Positions 9,123 to 19,434 of a DNA stretch of 64,000 bases are shown piece by piece (the stretch's first letter is position 1; the number at the start of each line of letters is the position of its first letter). Origin of the DNA: Anaerolineae bacterium (GTDB lineage Bacteria > Chloroflexota > Anaerolineae > Aggregatilineales > Phototrophicaceae); contig JAXLWC010000001.1 of NCBI GenBank assembly GCA_046328675.1, positions 1 to 64,000 of the forward strand, written 5' to 3'. Below the pieces are notes generated by a model, which saw nothing but the letters and a program-made list of their open reading frames with translations, was not told the origin of the DNA and did no database searches. A program made the position numbers and the translations under genes.

Positions 9123-11104
9123 ATGTTGGGAAATGTAGGCACACTTATTCTTGTGATTATCGTGGTCGTGGTGGCGATATGGCTGATTATTCGCCTGCTG
9201 TCGAGTTCCTACGTCAAGACGACGCCCACCGCCGCGTTCGTGCGTACAGGCGGCTTGCGCCGCTCACAGTCGCAGGAACCGCTGGTCGTCGTCAACGGCG
9301 CGGCCTGGGTCTTCGGCTTTCTGCACCGCATCAAATGGGTGTCGCTGGAGACAATGGCGGTGGAAATTCGCCACATGGACGAACGCGCGCTCGTCACCAA
9401 CGACCCGCAGTACGTCGATTTGGAAGCGCGTTTCTTCATCCGCGTCTCGAAGGAACCCGCCAAAATCAGCACCGCCGCGCGCACCATCGGCGGTGACGTG
9501 GTCGATGAGAGCAGCGTGCGCCGCCTTGCCGAACCCAAGATTCACGGCGCGGTGCGGGATATTGCCGCCGCTTTCAGCATGAAGACGCTGATGGACAAGC
9601 GTATCGAATTCATTAAGCAGGTGCAGGAACGGCTGAAGGAAGACCTTGCCGAAAATGGGCTGATCCTCGAAAGCATCAGCATCCTCACGCTGCGCCCTAC
9701 GCTGCAAGGACATTATTCCACCGATGATCTGCTCGGCGCACAGGTGGCGCGCGCCAGTTCTGCCGTGATTGAGCAGGCGCTGACCGAGAAAAACAAGCTG
9801 GAAAATCTGGGGGCGCTGGAACGCGCGCAGCAGGACGCCGAAGCGCAGCGTGAACGCATGGGCATCGAAGAAGCCATCGAGACCGAACGTGCCCAGCGCA
9901 GCAAGAACATCACCCTGGTACGCTCAGCGCAGGAAGCCGAAGCGCGCATCATGCAGGAACAGAAGCGCGAAGAAGCCGAACGCGTGCGCATCATGACCGA
10001 ACGCCTGCTGCAAGCAGAAGTCATCGAGAATGAGCGTCAGGAAGTCCTGCTGCGGGAACAGTTGCAGCGCGCGGCAGAGGCCGAACGCGTGGCGCGTGAA
10101 CAGGCGATTGCCGTTGCCGAGCAGGAGCGCGAGAAACAAATTGCCGAAGCCACCGCCGTCAAGCTGGCCGCCGTTAAGCAGCAGATTGAAGCCGACAGTT
10201 TGCGCGAGCAGGCCATGCAGGAGGCGATGACTGCCGCCGAAAAAGCCGCCGCCGAGCGTGACGCCAGCATTGAATTGATTAACGCGCGCCTCGAAGCCGA
10301 AAAAGCCGCGCTGGAAAACCGCAGCAATGTCGAAATCGAAGCGCTGCGCCTCAAGGAACTGGCCGAAGCGGAACGCGCGATTGCCTCGATTCAGTCGGAA
10401 ACTTTACGCACCCGCGCGCAGGCTGAACTTGAAGCCGCCAAACTGCAAGCGGTGGCCGAACGGGAACGGAGCAGCGCCACAGGTTTAGCCGAGGTGCAGG
10501 TGGCGTTGGAGCGCGTGAAAGTCCTGAACGAAGAAGCCGAAGCGCTGCGCAAGAAGATGCTGGCGAAGCCGACGGCGAAAAAGCAATGGCCGAAGCGCTG
10601 GCCAGCAGCAGCGGTGTTGCGTATCAGCTTGAACTGGCGCGGCTCAACGCCGAACTGCAAAAAGCGATTGAAATCGCCAGAGCCGAAGCGTTGGGCAAAG
10701 CCATCAGCGGTATGAAGATGAACCTCTACGGCGATTCCAACACCGCCGCGCGCCTGCTGCAATTCATCGCGGCGGCGCAAACGTCGGGCCAGGTCTACGA
10801 CGCACTGCCCACTGTCGCCCAGGACGCGCTGAAGGGCGTCGCCACGCGTTTAGGCAGTAATGGTTACACCAACAACCTGGTCATTCTCGGCAGTCTGGTC
10901 GCCGATATGCTGCAAAAACACCCGACCATGCTTGACGACGATGTCACGCTGGGCGAACTGGCGAATACGCTGTTGGCCAACGAAGACCCGTCGGAACAGA
11001 CGCTTAAGCTGCTCAAGCGCATCACCAGCGAGCCGCATCTTGCGCGGGCTTCCGGTGAGCGCGCTGCTGGCGCTGGTGCAGGAGTAAGGTGTTATACCCG
11101 TTGA
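9123..11104 (+). pseudogene. Flotillin / SPFH (band-7) domain protein (YqiK/FloT-like) interrupted by a single-nucleotide frameshift near 10564-10565. The intact protein would be about 660 aa
   Basis: N-terminal TM helix, SPFH domain, and a long EA-rich coiled coil. The frame-0 ORF (9123..10715) turns to junk after ...ALRKKMLA, and the homology continues in the +2 frame ORF (10586..11104) as EADGEKAMAEALASSSGVAYQLELARLNAELQKAIEIARAE... A missing G in GCG-GAA would restore the reading. RBS AAGGAAG lies 7 nt upstream of the ATG. Confidence 0.8.
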
Positions 11105-11220
11105 GTGATGGCAGGCATGTGCTTACATCAAGCGCAGTTAAAGGTTGAAGCTCATCCGAAAAGCGCTAAGCACATTCAAGGGGCTTATCACATGCTGACG
11201 GAGAGCCAGTATGTTCAGTG

Positions 11221-11333
11221 AGCTTATCCTGAACAGATAGCTCCGCACTCAGCTGCGGGCGGCAGCTTATCCCACCTGATAGCCCGCACCTTTAGCTGCG
11301 GGCTTGAGCTGCGGGCTTGAGCTGCGGGCGGCG
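11221..11333. repeat. Complex direct/inverted repeat block between convergent genes: two ~40-bp direct repeats, each with an internal dyad, followed by TTGAGCTGCGGGC x2
   Basis: Read directly: AGCTTATCCtgaacaGATAGCtCCGCACtcAGCTGCGGGC and AGCTTATCCcacctGATAGCcCGCACctttAGCTGCGGGC. Hairpin GCCCGCA/TGCGGGC. Possible bidirectional terminator. Confidence 0.5.
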
Positions 11334-11425
11334 GCAAACCCCATACAATCATCTGGCGTCAGGCTGAGTAACCATCCTCCGGCCAGCATCGCTGGAATAA
11401 AAACGACCCATGACGGCGCGGTCAA

Positions 11426-12367
11426 TCAGGCTTGATCGCGCTTTTGTTTGGCGTACAGCGCCGCGCCGTGCAAACACACATCTTCGCCAAAGTGCGCGGC
11501 ACGCAGCAGAGTCGGCGGCAGAAAAGCCGCGTCGAGCAGGTTCTCGCGCATCACCCGCAGCGCTGGCTCAAACAGCAGCGCGCCGAGTTTGGTCACGCTG
11601 CCGCCTACCACAATCGCTTCCGGGCTGAGCAGGTGCAGCAGGTTAGCGAACCCAAGTCCCAGATACGTAGCGACTTCCTCGATGATCGTCAGCGCCAGCG
11701 CGTCACCCTTGACCGCCGCCGCCCCCACAGCTTCCCCCGTAAGTTGTTCAGCCGGAAGTGTCCGCAGCGGCGAAGCAGGGGAGTCGGAATGCTGAATGAT
11801 GCGCCGCGCGGTGTTGGCGATTCCCGTGCCGGACGCGATTTCCTCTAAGCGGCGGATACTGCCGTCAGGCAGCATAAAACGCATGTGTCCCGGCTCAATC
11901 GCCAGCTTGCTCCAGCCCGTAAACAGCCTGCCGCCGATGACCGCGCCGCCGCCTATGCCTGTGCTGATCGTCATGTACACCATCGGGTCAGCGCCGCGTC
12001 CCGCCCCTAAGCCATATTCCGCCAGCGCCGCCAGGTTGGCGTCGTTTTCGATGTAAGTGGGGATGCCGCCCAATCCTTCGCTGAGCCTCTGCGCCAGCGG
12101 CACCTCCGCCCAGCCTTGCAGCGTTTTGGCGTGTAAAATAACGCCGCGCTGTGGGTCAAGCGGGCCGGGAGCCGCTACGCCGATAACCGTTGGCTGCGCA
12201 TCAGCCGGAATAACGCGGCGCGCCACCGCGATGATGCGCTCAATCACCGCTTGCGGCGTTTCTTCCACATGCGAAAGTGTCTCATGCCGCTGGAACTGCT
12301 TCAGGCTTTCGTCGTACCAGGCGGCGCGGGTGCGGGTGCCGCCGAAATCAATCGCCAGAATACTCAT
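11426..12367 (-). CDS. ROK-family sugar kinase (glucokinase/fructokinase/N-acetylglucosamine kinase type)
   Basis: N-terminal ILAIDFGGTRTRAAW ATP-binding motif and ROK signature region (ENDANLAALAE...GTGIGGG). 4-nt overlap with the upstream pfk gene. Confidence 0.85.
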   Translation of the reverse strand: MSILAIDFGGTRTRAAWYDESLKQFQRHETLSHVEETPQAVIERIIAVARRVIPADAQPTVIGVAAPGPLDPQRGVILHAKTLQGWAEVPLAQRLSEGLGGIPTYIENDANLAALAEYGLGAGRGADPMVYMTISTGIGGGAVIGGRLFTGWSKLAIEPGHMRFMLPDGSIRRLEEIASGTGIANTARRIIQHSDSPASPLRTLPAEQLTGEAVGAAAVKGDALALTIIEEVATYLGLGFANLLHLLSPEAIVVGGSVTKLGALLFEPALRVMRENLLDAAFLPPTLLRAAHFGEDVCLHGAALYAKQKRDQA

Positions 12368-13326
12368 GATGCGCTGAGTCCGTTAAGCTGCTTGTAAAGG
12401 GCTTCATCGGGCAGCTTACGTGCCTGTACATCCAGCGTGCCTTCGTGCAGCACCGTCTGTCCCTGCCGCACGACAACCACGCCCGTCCGCACACCATCCT
12501 GGATCGCTTTGAACGCCAGCACGCTCATATCAGCCGCTAAGGCGCGGTCACGGTGGCTGGGAACGCCGCCGCGCTGCGCGTGCCCCAGCCGCGAGTCGCG
12601 CACGCGTATGCCTGTTTGTTTGGGAATAAACTCTAGCAGTTCGTTTTTGCGCGGCACGCCTTCGGAATACACCAGCAGCGCCTGCCCCTGAAGCTGCACC
12701 GCATCCAGCAGCCGTGTCGCCGTCTGCGCGGCGTCGTACTCAAACTCCGGCAGCAGCACCGCGTCTGCACCTGCCCCCCGTGCGACTTCCAGCGCGAGGA
12801 AGCCCGTCGAACCGCCCAACGTTTCCAGCGTGAAGATGCGTCCCGTCAGGGCGTGTCCGGTGGCGCGCATTCCGTCCACCACCTGATGCGCGAAGTTACA
12901 CGCACTGTCGAATCCCAGCGTGAGTTCGGTTCCCGGCACGTCGTTGTCAATCGTGGTCGGCAGCCCGATACAGGTCACGCCCCAGCGTTCCAGCAGTGGG
13001 GGAATGTGGCGCAACGTGCCATCGCCGCCAAACAGAATCAGCGAGTCGATGCGCTGCCGCGTGAGGATTTGCCGCAGCTTTTCCTGCGCATCCGGCTGCG
13101 CCAGCACAGGTTCGCGGCTGCTCTGGAAATAACTGCCGGGCATCGGCACCCAGTGCATCATATCGCGTGGCCCGAACTGCACGATCTGTTCTTGCAGCAG
13201 ACCCGCGAAGCCGCCCTGCACGCCCAATGTCTCGCCTCCGGCACGCGCGGCCAGCAGAGCGCCGTGATACAGGGCCGCATTAATGCCGGAGGCGTCGCCA
13301 CCGCTCACCACAAATAAGGTTCTCAC
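12364..13326 (-). CDS. ATP-dependent 6-phosphofructokinase family (PfkA-like)
   Basis: GGDASGINAA, LILFGGDGTL, GLPTTIDNDVPGTELTLGFDSA, and LGHAQRGGVPS motifs of the PFK family. Confidence 0.85.
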   Translation of the reverse strand: MRTLFVVSGGDASGINAALYHGALLAARAGGETLGVQGGFAGLLQEQIVQFGPRDMMHWVPMPGSYFQSSREPVLAQPDAQEKLRQILTRQRIDSLILFGGDGTLRHIPPLLERWGVTCIGLPTTIDNDVPGTELTLGFDSACNFAHQVVDGMRATGHALTGRIFTLETLGGSTGFLALEVARGAGADAVLLPEFEYDAAQTATRLLDAVQLQGQALLVYSEGVPRKNELLEFIPKQTGIRVRDSRLGHAQRGGVPSHRDRALAADMSVLAFKAIQDGVRTGVVVVRQGQTVLHEGTLDVQARKLPDEALYKQLNGLSAS

Positions 13327-13432
13327 TCCGAATTCCTTTAAATTTATATGTTCAATAATTCACAAATTGTCATTTTCTATGCGAGTATAGCGCATATCGT
13401 CAATAATCACCAATAAAACGCAGAATAACTTG

Positions 13433-13461
13433 ACAAAAAGCAACAGCGAGTCTACGATAAA
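13433..13461 (+). promoter_or_regulatory. Candidate sigma70-type promoter for the DeoR gene (TTGACA-17nt-TACGAT) in an AT-rich divergent intergenic region
   Basis: TTGACA at 13433-13438, a 17-nt spacer, then TACGAT at 13456-13461, about 45 nt upstream of the ATG at 13507. Confidence 0.3.
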
Positions 13462-13506
13462 GCAATAAAAGTTAATGCATCTGCTAAATTACGTTAGTTA
13501 TTTTGT

Positions 13507-14286
13507 ATGTTATCTCCTCTTTTTTCGTCAGAACGCCAGAAACGCATTCTTGAAATCCTCGAACGTGAAGGGGTGGTGCGTAACGTTGAACTGCGTGAAC
13601 TGCTGAAAGTTTCCGCGGGCACCATTCGCGCCGACCTTCGCGAACTGGAAAATCAGGGCGTGCTGGAAATTGTTCACGGTGGGGCAGTCGCCAAGCGCTC
13701 CATTGAAGACCGCAAACTGCTCATCGACGAGCGCATGGTGCAGAACGCCGACGCCAAAAAGCGCATCGGGGCACGCGCCGCACAGTTCGCCGAATCCGGC
13801 CAAACCCTCATCGTCGATTCGGGCACGACCACACTTGAATTCATCAACCAGCTCTCGCTCGAACTTGACTATCTGCAAATCGTGACACATGGGCTGTACA
13901 TCGCCGTCGCCGCCGCGCGTCATACCAACGTGGAACTGCTCATGCCCGGCGGCGTTGTCCGCAACAGCACCCTCACGCTGGTCGGGCCGCAGGTGCTGCA
14001 CTTCTTTGACGTGATTAATGCCCAATACACCTTTCTGGCGACCACCGGCTTTTCGATTGAAAGTGGCATTACCGCCGCCAACCTGTTGGAAGCAGAAGTC
14101 AAACGCAAAATCGTCCAGCGTGGGCGCAAAGTCGTGCTGCTGGCGGACAGCAGCAAACATGGCAAACATCAGGCACTGACCGTCGTGCCAATGAAGGAAA
14201 TTGACGTACTGATTACCGACAAGCAGTTTGACGACAGCGCTGTGAAACAATTCACCGCCATCGGTATCGAAGTCATCAGGGTTTAA
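13507..14286 (+). CDS. DeoR/GlpR-family transcriptional regulator
   Basis: N-terminal HTH (RQKRILEILEREGVVRNVELRELLKVSAGTIRADLRELE) and a C-terminal sugar-phosphate sensor domain. Confidence 0.85.
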   Translation: MLSPLFSSERQKRILEILEREGVVRNVELRELLKVSAGTIRADLRELENQGVLEIVHGGAVAKRSIEDRKLLIDERMVQNADAKKRIGARAAQFAESGQTLIVDSGTTTLEFINQLSLELDYLQIVTHGLYIAVAAARHTNVELLMPGGVVRNSTLTLVGPQVLHFFDVINAQYTFLATTGFSIESGITAANLLEAEVKRKIVQRGRKVVLLADSSKHGKHQALTVVPMKEIDVLITDKQFDDSAVKQFTAIGIEVIRV

Positions 14287-14463
14287 TTATCTCTCGGCGC
14301 AGCCGTTATCCGTTCTCGATGATGACGTGGACGCCGTTAATTCAGGCTGTTATAGGAAACAGGCAAACCACACGAAGGAGGTGATGGGCAGACGCGGAAG
14401 CACTTACACTGAAATCACAGATAACTATCGCTCAAAAGTTACAAATCCCTGGAGGAGCTAATC

Positions 14464-15444
14464 GTGTTAAAGAAAATTTGGTCCGTTTTACTAGTTGCCA
14501 GTTTGTTGCTGCTGTTCACCAGCTTTGTTGGTGCGCAGGATGATGGAAATTACACAATCGCCTTTGTTCCGGGTGTGAATCCCGATCCGTTTTATATCAC
14601 GATGGCCAGCGGCGTGAATCAGGCAGCGTCCGATATGGGTGTCACCGTCATCCAGCAGGACCCGTCGTCCTTCGATGTCACCGTGTCAGCCCCTATCATC
14701 GAGGCGCTCATCGCGCGCGGCGATATTGACGCGCTCGTCACCGCCCCCAATGACAAGGAACAATCCATCCCCGTTTTGCAGGAAGCCTACGATGCGGGTA
14801 TCCCGGTCATCACCGTTGACACCTTCATCGGCGACGGCGACTATGCCAACGGCGAAGTCACCTTCCCCCTGTCCTATATCGGCTCCGACAACGTCCAGGG
14901 CGGTTACATCGCCTGCAGCGCTTTGGCCGACTCGTTGGGCGAAGGTGCCAAGATTTACGTCCAGAACGTGCGTCCCGGCATCAGCACCACTGACCAGCGT
15001 GAACAGGGCTGCTTGCAGGCCGCCGCTGATCGTGGCCTCGAAGTTGTCCGCGTAGACTACAACGACAACAGCGCGGACACCGCCCAGCAGCAAACCGCCG
15101 CCGTCCTGACCGCCAACCCCGACATCGCGGGCATGTTCGCCACCAATACCTTCGGCGCATTGGGCGCGGGCGCTGCCATCCAGAACGCCGGTCTGCAAGG
15201 CGCGGTTCAGGTCGCACTGTTCGACGCCAGCGAAGAAAACATCAGCTACCTGCGTGAAGGCACGGTGTCGCTGGTGATTGCGCAGAAACCCGCTGACATG
15301 GGGTATCTCGGCGTCATCACGGCCATCGCCAACGCTCGCGGCGTCACCTCGATGCCTGCGCGCGTCCCGACGGGTTACGCAGTCATCACCATCGACAACG
15401 TAGATGATCCCGAAGTGGCCCGTTTCATCTACACGGGCAACTAA
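14464..15444 (+). CDS. Sugar ABC transporter periplasmic substrate-binding protein (RbsB/periplasmic binding protein family)
   Basis: GTG start with GGAGG 9 nt upstream. Signal peptide MLKKIWSVLLVASLLLLFTSFVGA, and type-I periplasmic binding fold homology. Confidence 0.85.
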   Translation: MLKKIWSVLLVASLLLLFTSFVGAQDDGNYTIAFVPGVNPDPFYITMASGVNQAASDMGVTVIQQDPSSFDVTVSAPIIEALIARGDIDALVTAPNDKEQSIPVLQEAYDAGIPVITVDTFIGDGDYANGEVTFPLSYIGSDNVQGGYIACSALADSLGEGAKIYVQNVRPGISTTDQREQGCLQAAADRGLEVVRVDYNDNSADTAQQQTAAVLTANPDIAGMFATNTFGALGAGAAIQNAGLQGAVQVALFDASEENISYLREGTVSLVIAQKPADMGYLGVITAIANARGVTSMPARVPTGYAVITIDNVDDPEVARFIYTGN

Positions 15445-15532
15445 ATTAGGTTGAGTGACAAGGGGTGGGCGCAGTGCTCACCCCTTGTTATGATCTGTGC
15501 CCCAAAACACAGACCATTTGAGGACACACGCA

Positions 15533-16644
15533 TGACAACATCAGCCCCTACGTCGAACCGACGCATGACGCGCGAGAGTTTAATAGAATTTGTGGCGCGC
15601 AGTTGGTCTTATCTTTTTTTGCTAGGCATGATTATTTTCTTCTCGCTGACAGGACAGGGTTTTTTCAGCGTCCGCAATTTCTCCTCTGTCTTTGTCACCA
15701 GTACCCTCGTGATGTTAATGGCTATCGGCCAGACCTTCGTCGTCATCACGGCAGGCATTGACCTTTCCATCGGTTGGACTGTTGGGCTGGCCTCGGTCAT
15801 CAGCGCGCGCACCATGCGCGATCTGGTGGACGGCGGCACCGACATCGGCGCGGCGATGGTGATTGGCGTAGTCGCGGGGCTGCTGATTTCCTTAATCCCC
15901 GGCATTGTCAATGGCATCTTGGTTGCCCGTATCAAAGTCCCGCCGTTTATCGCCACGCTCGGCATGTATGGCATCATACGCGGCGCGGCCTTCTTGCTCA
16001 CCGACGGGCAGCAGGTCGTCGGTAACCTGTCCTCTGAACTGCGTGCGGCGCTGAGCACCATCGGCAACGGCAGCCTGCTCTTTTACATCCCGACGCGCGG
16101 CTTACAATGGTTCGCGCTGCCCCCTGATCTGGAACCGACAGAACTGCGCCAGGTCTCGCAGCTTCTACCCTATCCTGTATTGTTCACGGCCTTAGTCGTC
16201 ATCGTCTTCGCCTTCGTGCTGGCACGCACGAAATTCGGACGCCATACCTACGTCATCGGCGGCAGCAAGGACGCGGCGATTCGCGCAGGGATTAACGTAG
16301 ATCGTCACCTGATCCTGATTTATCTGCTCTCGGCCTTTACAGCGGGCATCGCAGGCGTCCTGCACACCTTCCGTTACACCGCAGGCGCACCCCAGGCAGG
16401 GGAGGCCGCGCTGCTTTCCTCGGTGGCCGCAGTGGTCATTGGCGGCACCAATCTGTTCGGTGGTGAAGGCAAGGTCAGCGGCGCGGTGGTTGGCGCGCTC
16501 ATCATCGCCATGCTGCAAACCGGGTTGGTCATCCTCAACATTGACCCCCTGTGGCAGTTCATCGTGGTCGGTGTGGTCATTATCATCGCGGTGCTCGTCA
16601 ATCAGGCACAGGCAGCGCTGGAAAGGTTAAAGGCAAATGTCTGA
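15533..16644 (+). CDS. Sugar ABC transporter permease (RbsC/branched-chain-type family)
   Basis: Multi-TM ORF. Start chosen at the ATG at 15533 with GAGGA upstream; the longer ORF listed from 15451 is probably an extension. Confidence 0.8.
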
Positions 16645-17392
16645 CCCCATCCTTCAGGTACGGCAGGTTCATAAGCACTTCGGCGGTCTGGTTGCCCTCA
16701 ACAACGTCGATTTCGAGGTCAATCGCGGCGAAGTGGTTGCGCTGCTAGGAGATAACGGCGCGGGCAAGTCCACGCTCATCAAGTGCATTTCCGGCGTGTA
16801 TCGCGCCGATCACGGTCAAGTCTTCTTCGACGGGCAGGAAATTACCGGACAAAGCCCCAACGAAGTCCGTAAGCGCGGTATCGAAACCATCTATCAGGAT
16901 TTGGCGCTGGCCGAAAATCTGGATGTCGGCGCGAATGTCTTCCTCGGCAAAGAGAAACTCAAACACATGTTTGGTTTCATCCCGGTCACCGATGATGAAT
17001 TTATGCGCAGGGAAGCCAAGGGCGTGCTGGCTCGCCTCGACATTCACATCCCCTCGCTGAAACAAAAGTTAGTGAACCTGTCCGGCGGGCAGCGGCAGGC
17101 AGTCGCCATCGCCCGCGCCATGTACTGGAATGCGCAGCTTGTCATCATGGACGAACCGACGGCGGCGCTCGGTGTGCCGGAACAACGTAAGGTGCTGAGT
17201 CTGATCCGGTCTCTAAAAGAGCAGAATATTCCCGTGATTCTCATCAGCCACACCATGCACGATGTCATGACCGTCGCGGATCGGATGGTCATCATGCGTC
17301 GTGGCCGCATCGCCGCTAACGTAATGCGTGCGGAGGCCACCGAAGAACTCATCGTCAAGCATATCGTGGGTTCGGCAGAAGGCGGGGAGTAG
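16637..17392 (+). CDS. Sugar ABC transporter ATP-binding protein (single ABC domain)
   Basis: Walker [10 protein letters not shown], signature LSGGQRQ, Walker [12 protein letters not shown]. Start overlaps the permease stop. Confidence 0.85.
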   Translation: MSDPILQVRQVHKHFGGLVALNNVDFEVNRGEVVALLGDNGAGKSTLIKCISGVYRADHGQVFFDGQEITGQSPNEVRKRGIETIYQDLALAENLDVGANVFLGKEKLKHMFGFIPVTDDEFMRREAKGVLARLDIHIPSLKQKLVNLSGGQRQAVAIARAMYWNAQLVIMDEPTAALGVPEQRKVLSLIRSLKEQNIPVILISHTMHDVMTVADRMVIMRRGRIAANVMRAEATEELIVKHIVGSAEGGE

Positions 17393-17395
17393 GCC

Positions 17396-18352
17396 ATGCC
17401 GCTTGACCTGTTGACTTTCGGCGAAGCACTGGTAGAGGTAATGCGCGTCGGCATCGATCAGCCGCTGGATCATCCTGCGCTGTTTACCGGGCCTTATGCC
17501 AGCGGCGCACCTTTCATCTTCGCGGTACAGGCAGCCAGACTCGGCGCGCAGGTGACGGCGGTGGGCACGGTAGGGGATGACCCCTTCGGGCGCTGCCAGC
17601 TTGACCAACTGCGCGCGGACAACGTGGATTTGCGCGGCGTGCAGATTTCGTCCACCCACGCGACGGGCGTCGCCTTCGTAGCCTACGCCAGCGATGGCTC
17701 GCGTGATTTTATGTATCACATCAAGCAGGCGGCGGCGGGACAGATTGCACCCGAAATGCTCGACCCGTCGCTGTTTGTCGGGCTGCGCGTGCTGCACCTG
17801 ATGGGTTCGTCGCTGTCCATTCATGAGCAGGCTTTCCAGACCGGGCTGCGCGCGCTGGAACTGGCGCAGGCGGCGGGCGCGAAAATCAGTTTCGACCCGA
17901 ACTTACGCCCACAGTTGCTGCCGCTGGAGCAGGCACGCGCGCGCTTTGCCCCCTTCGTTGAGGCCGCCGATGTGATTCTGCCCACCGCCGATGAAGCGCG
18001 CATCTTAACAGGCACCAACTCGCTGGACGAAGCCCTGGCCGCGCTGCTGCATCATCGCCCTGACCGTATCGTCGTCGTGACGCAGGGCGCCAACGGCTGC
18101 ATGGTCTACACGCAGGGACACGCGGAACATATTCCCGGTTTTAGTGTTAATGAAATTGACCCCACTGGCGCAGGGGACTGTTTTGATGCGGGCTTTTTGG
18201 TACGCTGGCTCGCCGGAGAGTCGCCGTCTGAGGCGGCACGCTTTGCCAATGCCTGCGGGGCCTTGGCGGTCACGGCACAGGGGCCGATGGCAGGCGCGCA
18301 GAAACTGGATACAGTGTGGGAATTTATTAAGAAGCAAGCAAATATCGCTTGA
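17396..18352 (+). CDS. PfkB-family carbohydrate kinase (ketose / ketodeoxy-sugar / sulfofructose kinase type)
   Basis: PfkB signatures: N-terminal GEALVE, C-terminal DPTGAGDCFDAGFL. Confidence 0.85.
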   Translation: MPLDLLTFGEALVEVMRVGIDQPLDHPALFTGPYASGAPFIFAVQAARLGAQVTAVGTVGDDPFGRCQLDQLRADNVDLRGVQISSTHATGVAFVAYASDGSRDFMYHIKQAAAGQIAPEMLDPSLFVGLRVLHLMGSSLSIHEQAFQTGLRALELAQAAGAKISFDPNLRPQLLPLEQARARFAPFVEAADVILPTADEARILTGTNSLDEALAALLHHRPDRIVVVTQGANGCMVYTQGHAEHIPGFSVNEIDPTGAGDCFDAGFLVRWLAGESPSEAARFANACGALAVTAQGPMAGAQKLDTVWEFIKKQANIA

Positions 18353-18374
18353 ATTACATTATCAAGGATCGCAC

Positions 18375-19349
18375 ATGAAACAAATTCTCACTCCGGGGCG
18401 CTGGCGTGGGCTGAAGACCACCAGCACCCGCGACGACATCTTCACCATCCTCGCCTTTGACCAGCGCGGCAGCTACCGCAAGATGCTCAGCGAAGGCTCC
18501 AGCTACGAAACGGCTGTCCGCATCAAAACCGATGTCGTGGTTTCGCTCTCCTATCACGCCAGCGCCGTGCTGCTCGACCACGAATACGGCCTGTATCCCG
18601 CGCTGCACATGTCTGGCGGCAGCGGCCTGCTGCTCTCGGTGGAAAAGTCCGGCTACAGCGGCGATTCCACCTACCGTCGCATCGACTTCATCGACGATTG
18701 GGATGTCAGCAAGATCAAGGCGATGGGCGCGTCAGCCGTGAAGATGATGGCCTACTATCACCCCGAAACCGGCGCGCTCGCTGAAGAAATTGAGCAGGTG
18801 ATCGCCAAAGTCATCGCCGCCTGCCATCAGTTGGATATTCCGCTGTTCCTCGAGCCGATGTCCTACAGCTTAGACCCCAATGTAGCCAAGGAAAGCGCAG
18901 ACTTCGCCAAAACACGCCTGCACGTCGTGCGTGAGACAGCGCGCCGTCTGGGTGGCCTTAAGCCTGACGTGCTCAAGATGGAATTCCCGGTGGATGTCGC
19001 CTATGACAAGGATCGTGGGTCGTGGCGTTCTGCCTGCGCATCCTTGAACGCCGTTTGTGAGGTGCCCTGGGTGCTGCTGAGTGCGGGCGTCGATTTCGCG
19101 ACCTTTGAGGAACAGACCCGCATCGCCTGCGAGTCCGGGGCCAGCGGCTTCCTCGCCGGGCGTGCCATCTGGAAAGAGGCCGTCACCATGAGCGACGAGG
19201 CCCGCGCGCGCTTCCTGGCGGAAACTGCCGTGCCGCGCATCAAAAAACTGGCCGACGTTGCCAGCAAAACCGCGCGTCCCTGGACGGAGTTCTATGAACT
19301 AGCCGCCGCCAGCGCCGACTGGTACAAGAGCTATCAGCCCACGCTGTAA
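18375..19349 (+). CDS. Class I aldolase of the LacD / YihT family (tagatose-1,6-bisphosphate or sulfofructose-phosphate aldolase type)
   Basis: ILAFDQRGS motif near the N-terminus, as in LacD (ALAFDQRGAL). Length about 325 aa. AAGGA 7 nt upstream of the ATG at 18375. The ORF track's longer 18144 start overlaps the kinase and is rejected. Confidence 0.7.
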   Translation: MKQILTPGRWRGLKTTSTRDDIFTILAFDQRGSYRKMLSEGSSYETAVRIKTDVVVSLSYHASAVLLDHEYGLYPALHMSGGSGLLLSVEKSGYSGDSTYRRIDFIDDWDVSKIKAMGASAVKMMAYYHPETGALAEEIEQVIAKVIAACHQLDIPLFLEPMSYSLDPNVAKESADFAKTRLHVVRETARRLGGLKPDVLKMEFPVDVAYDKDRGSWRSACASLNAVCEVPWVLLSAGVDFATFEEQTRIACESGASGFLAGRAIWKEAVTMSDEARARFLAETAVPRIKKLADVASKTARPWTEFYELAAASADWYKSYQPTL

Positions 19350-19390
19350 TCAGCAGCGTCCGCTTCATGCCTGAGCATGACGACCACAGG

Positions 19391-19429
19391 GCGGCCTATC
19401 GAGACTGCCCTGTGGTTTTTGAATACGAT
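19391..19429 (+). terminator. Rho-independent terminator after the aldolase gene
   Basis: CCACAGGGC-loop-GCCCTGTGG hairpin followed by TTTTTG. Confidence 0.5.
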
Positions 19430-19434
19430 GGAAG

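Noticed and set aside
18144-18374. 5' extension of the aldolase ORF (the 401-aa version)
   Set aside because: The first ~77 codons overlap the PfkB kinase gene in another frame and read as junk (MLMKLTPLAQGTVLMRAF...). An ATG at 18375 with AAGGA 7 nt upstream gives a protein starting exactly at the conserved LacD-like N-terminus.
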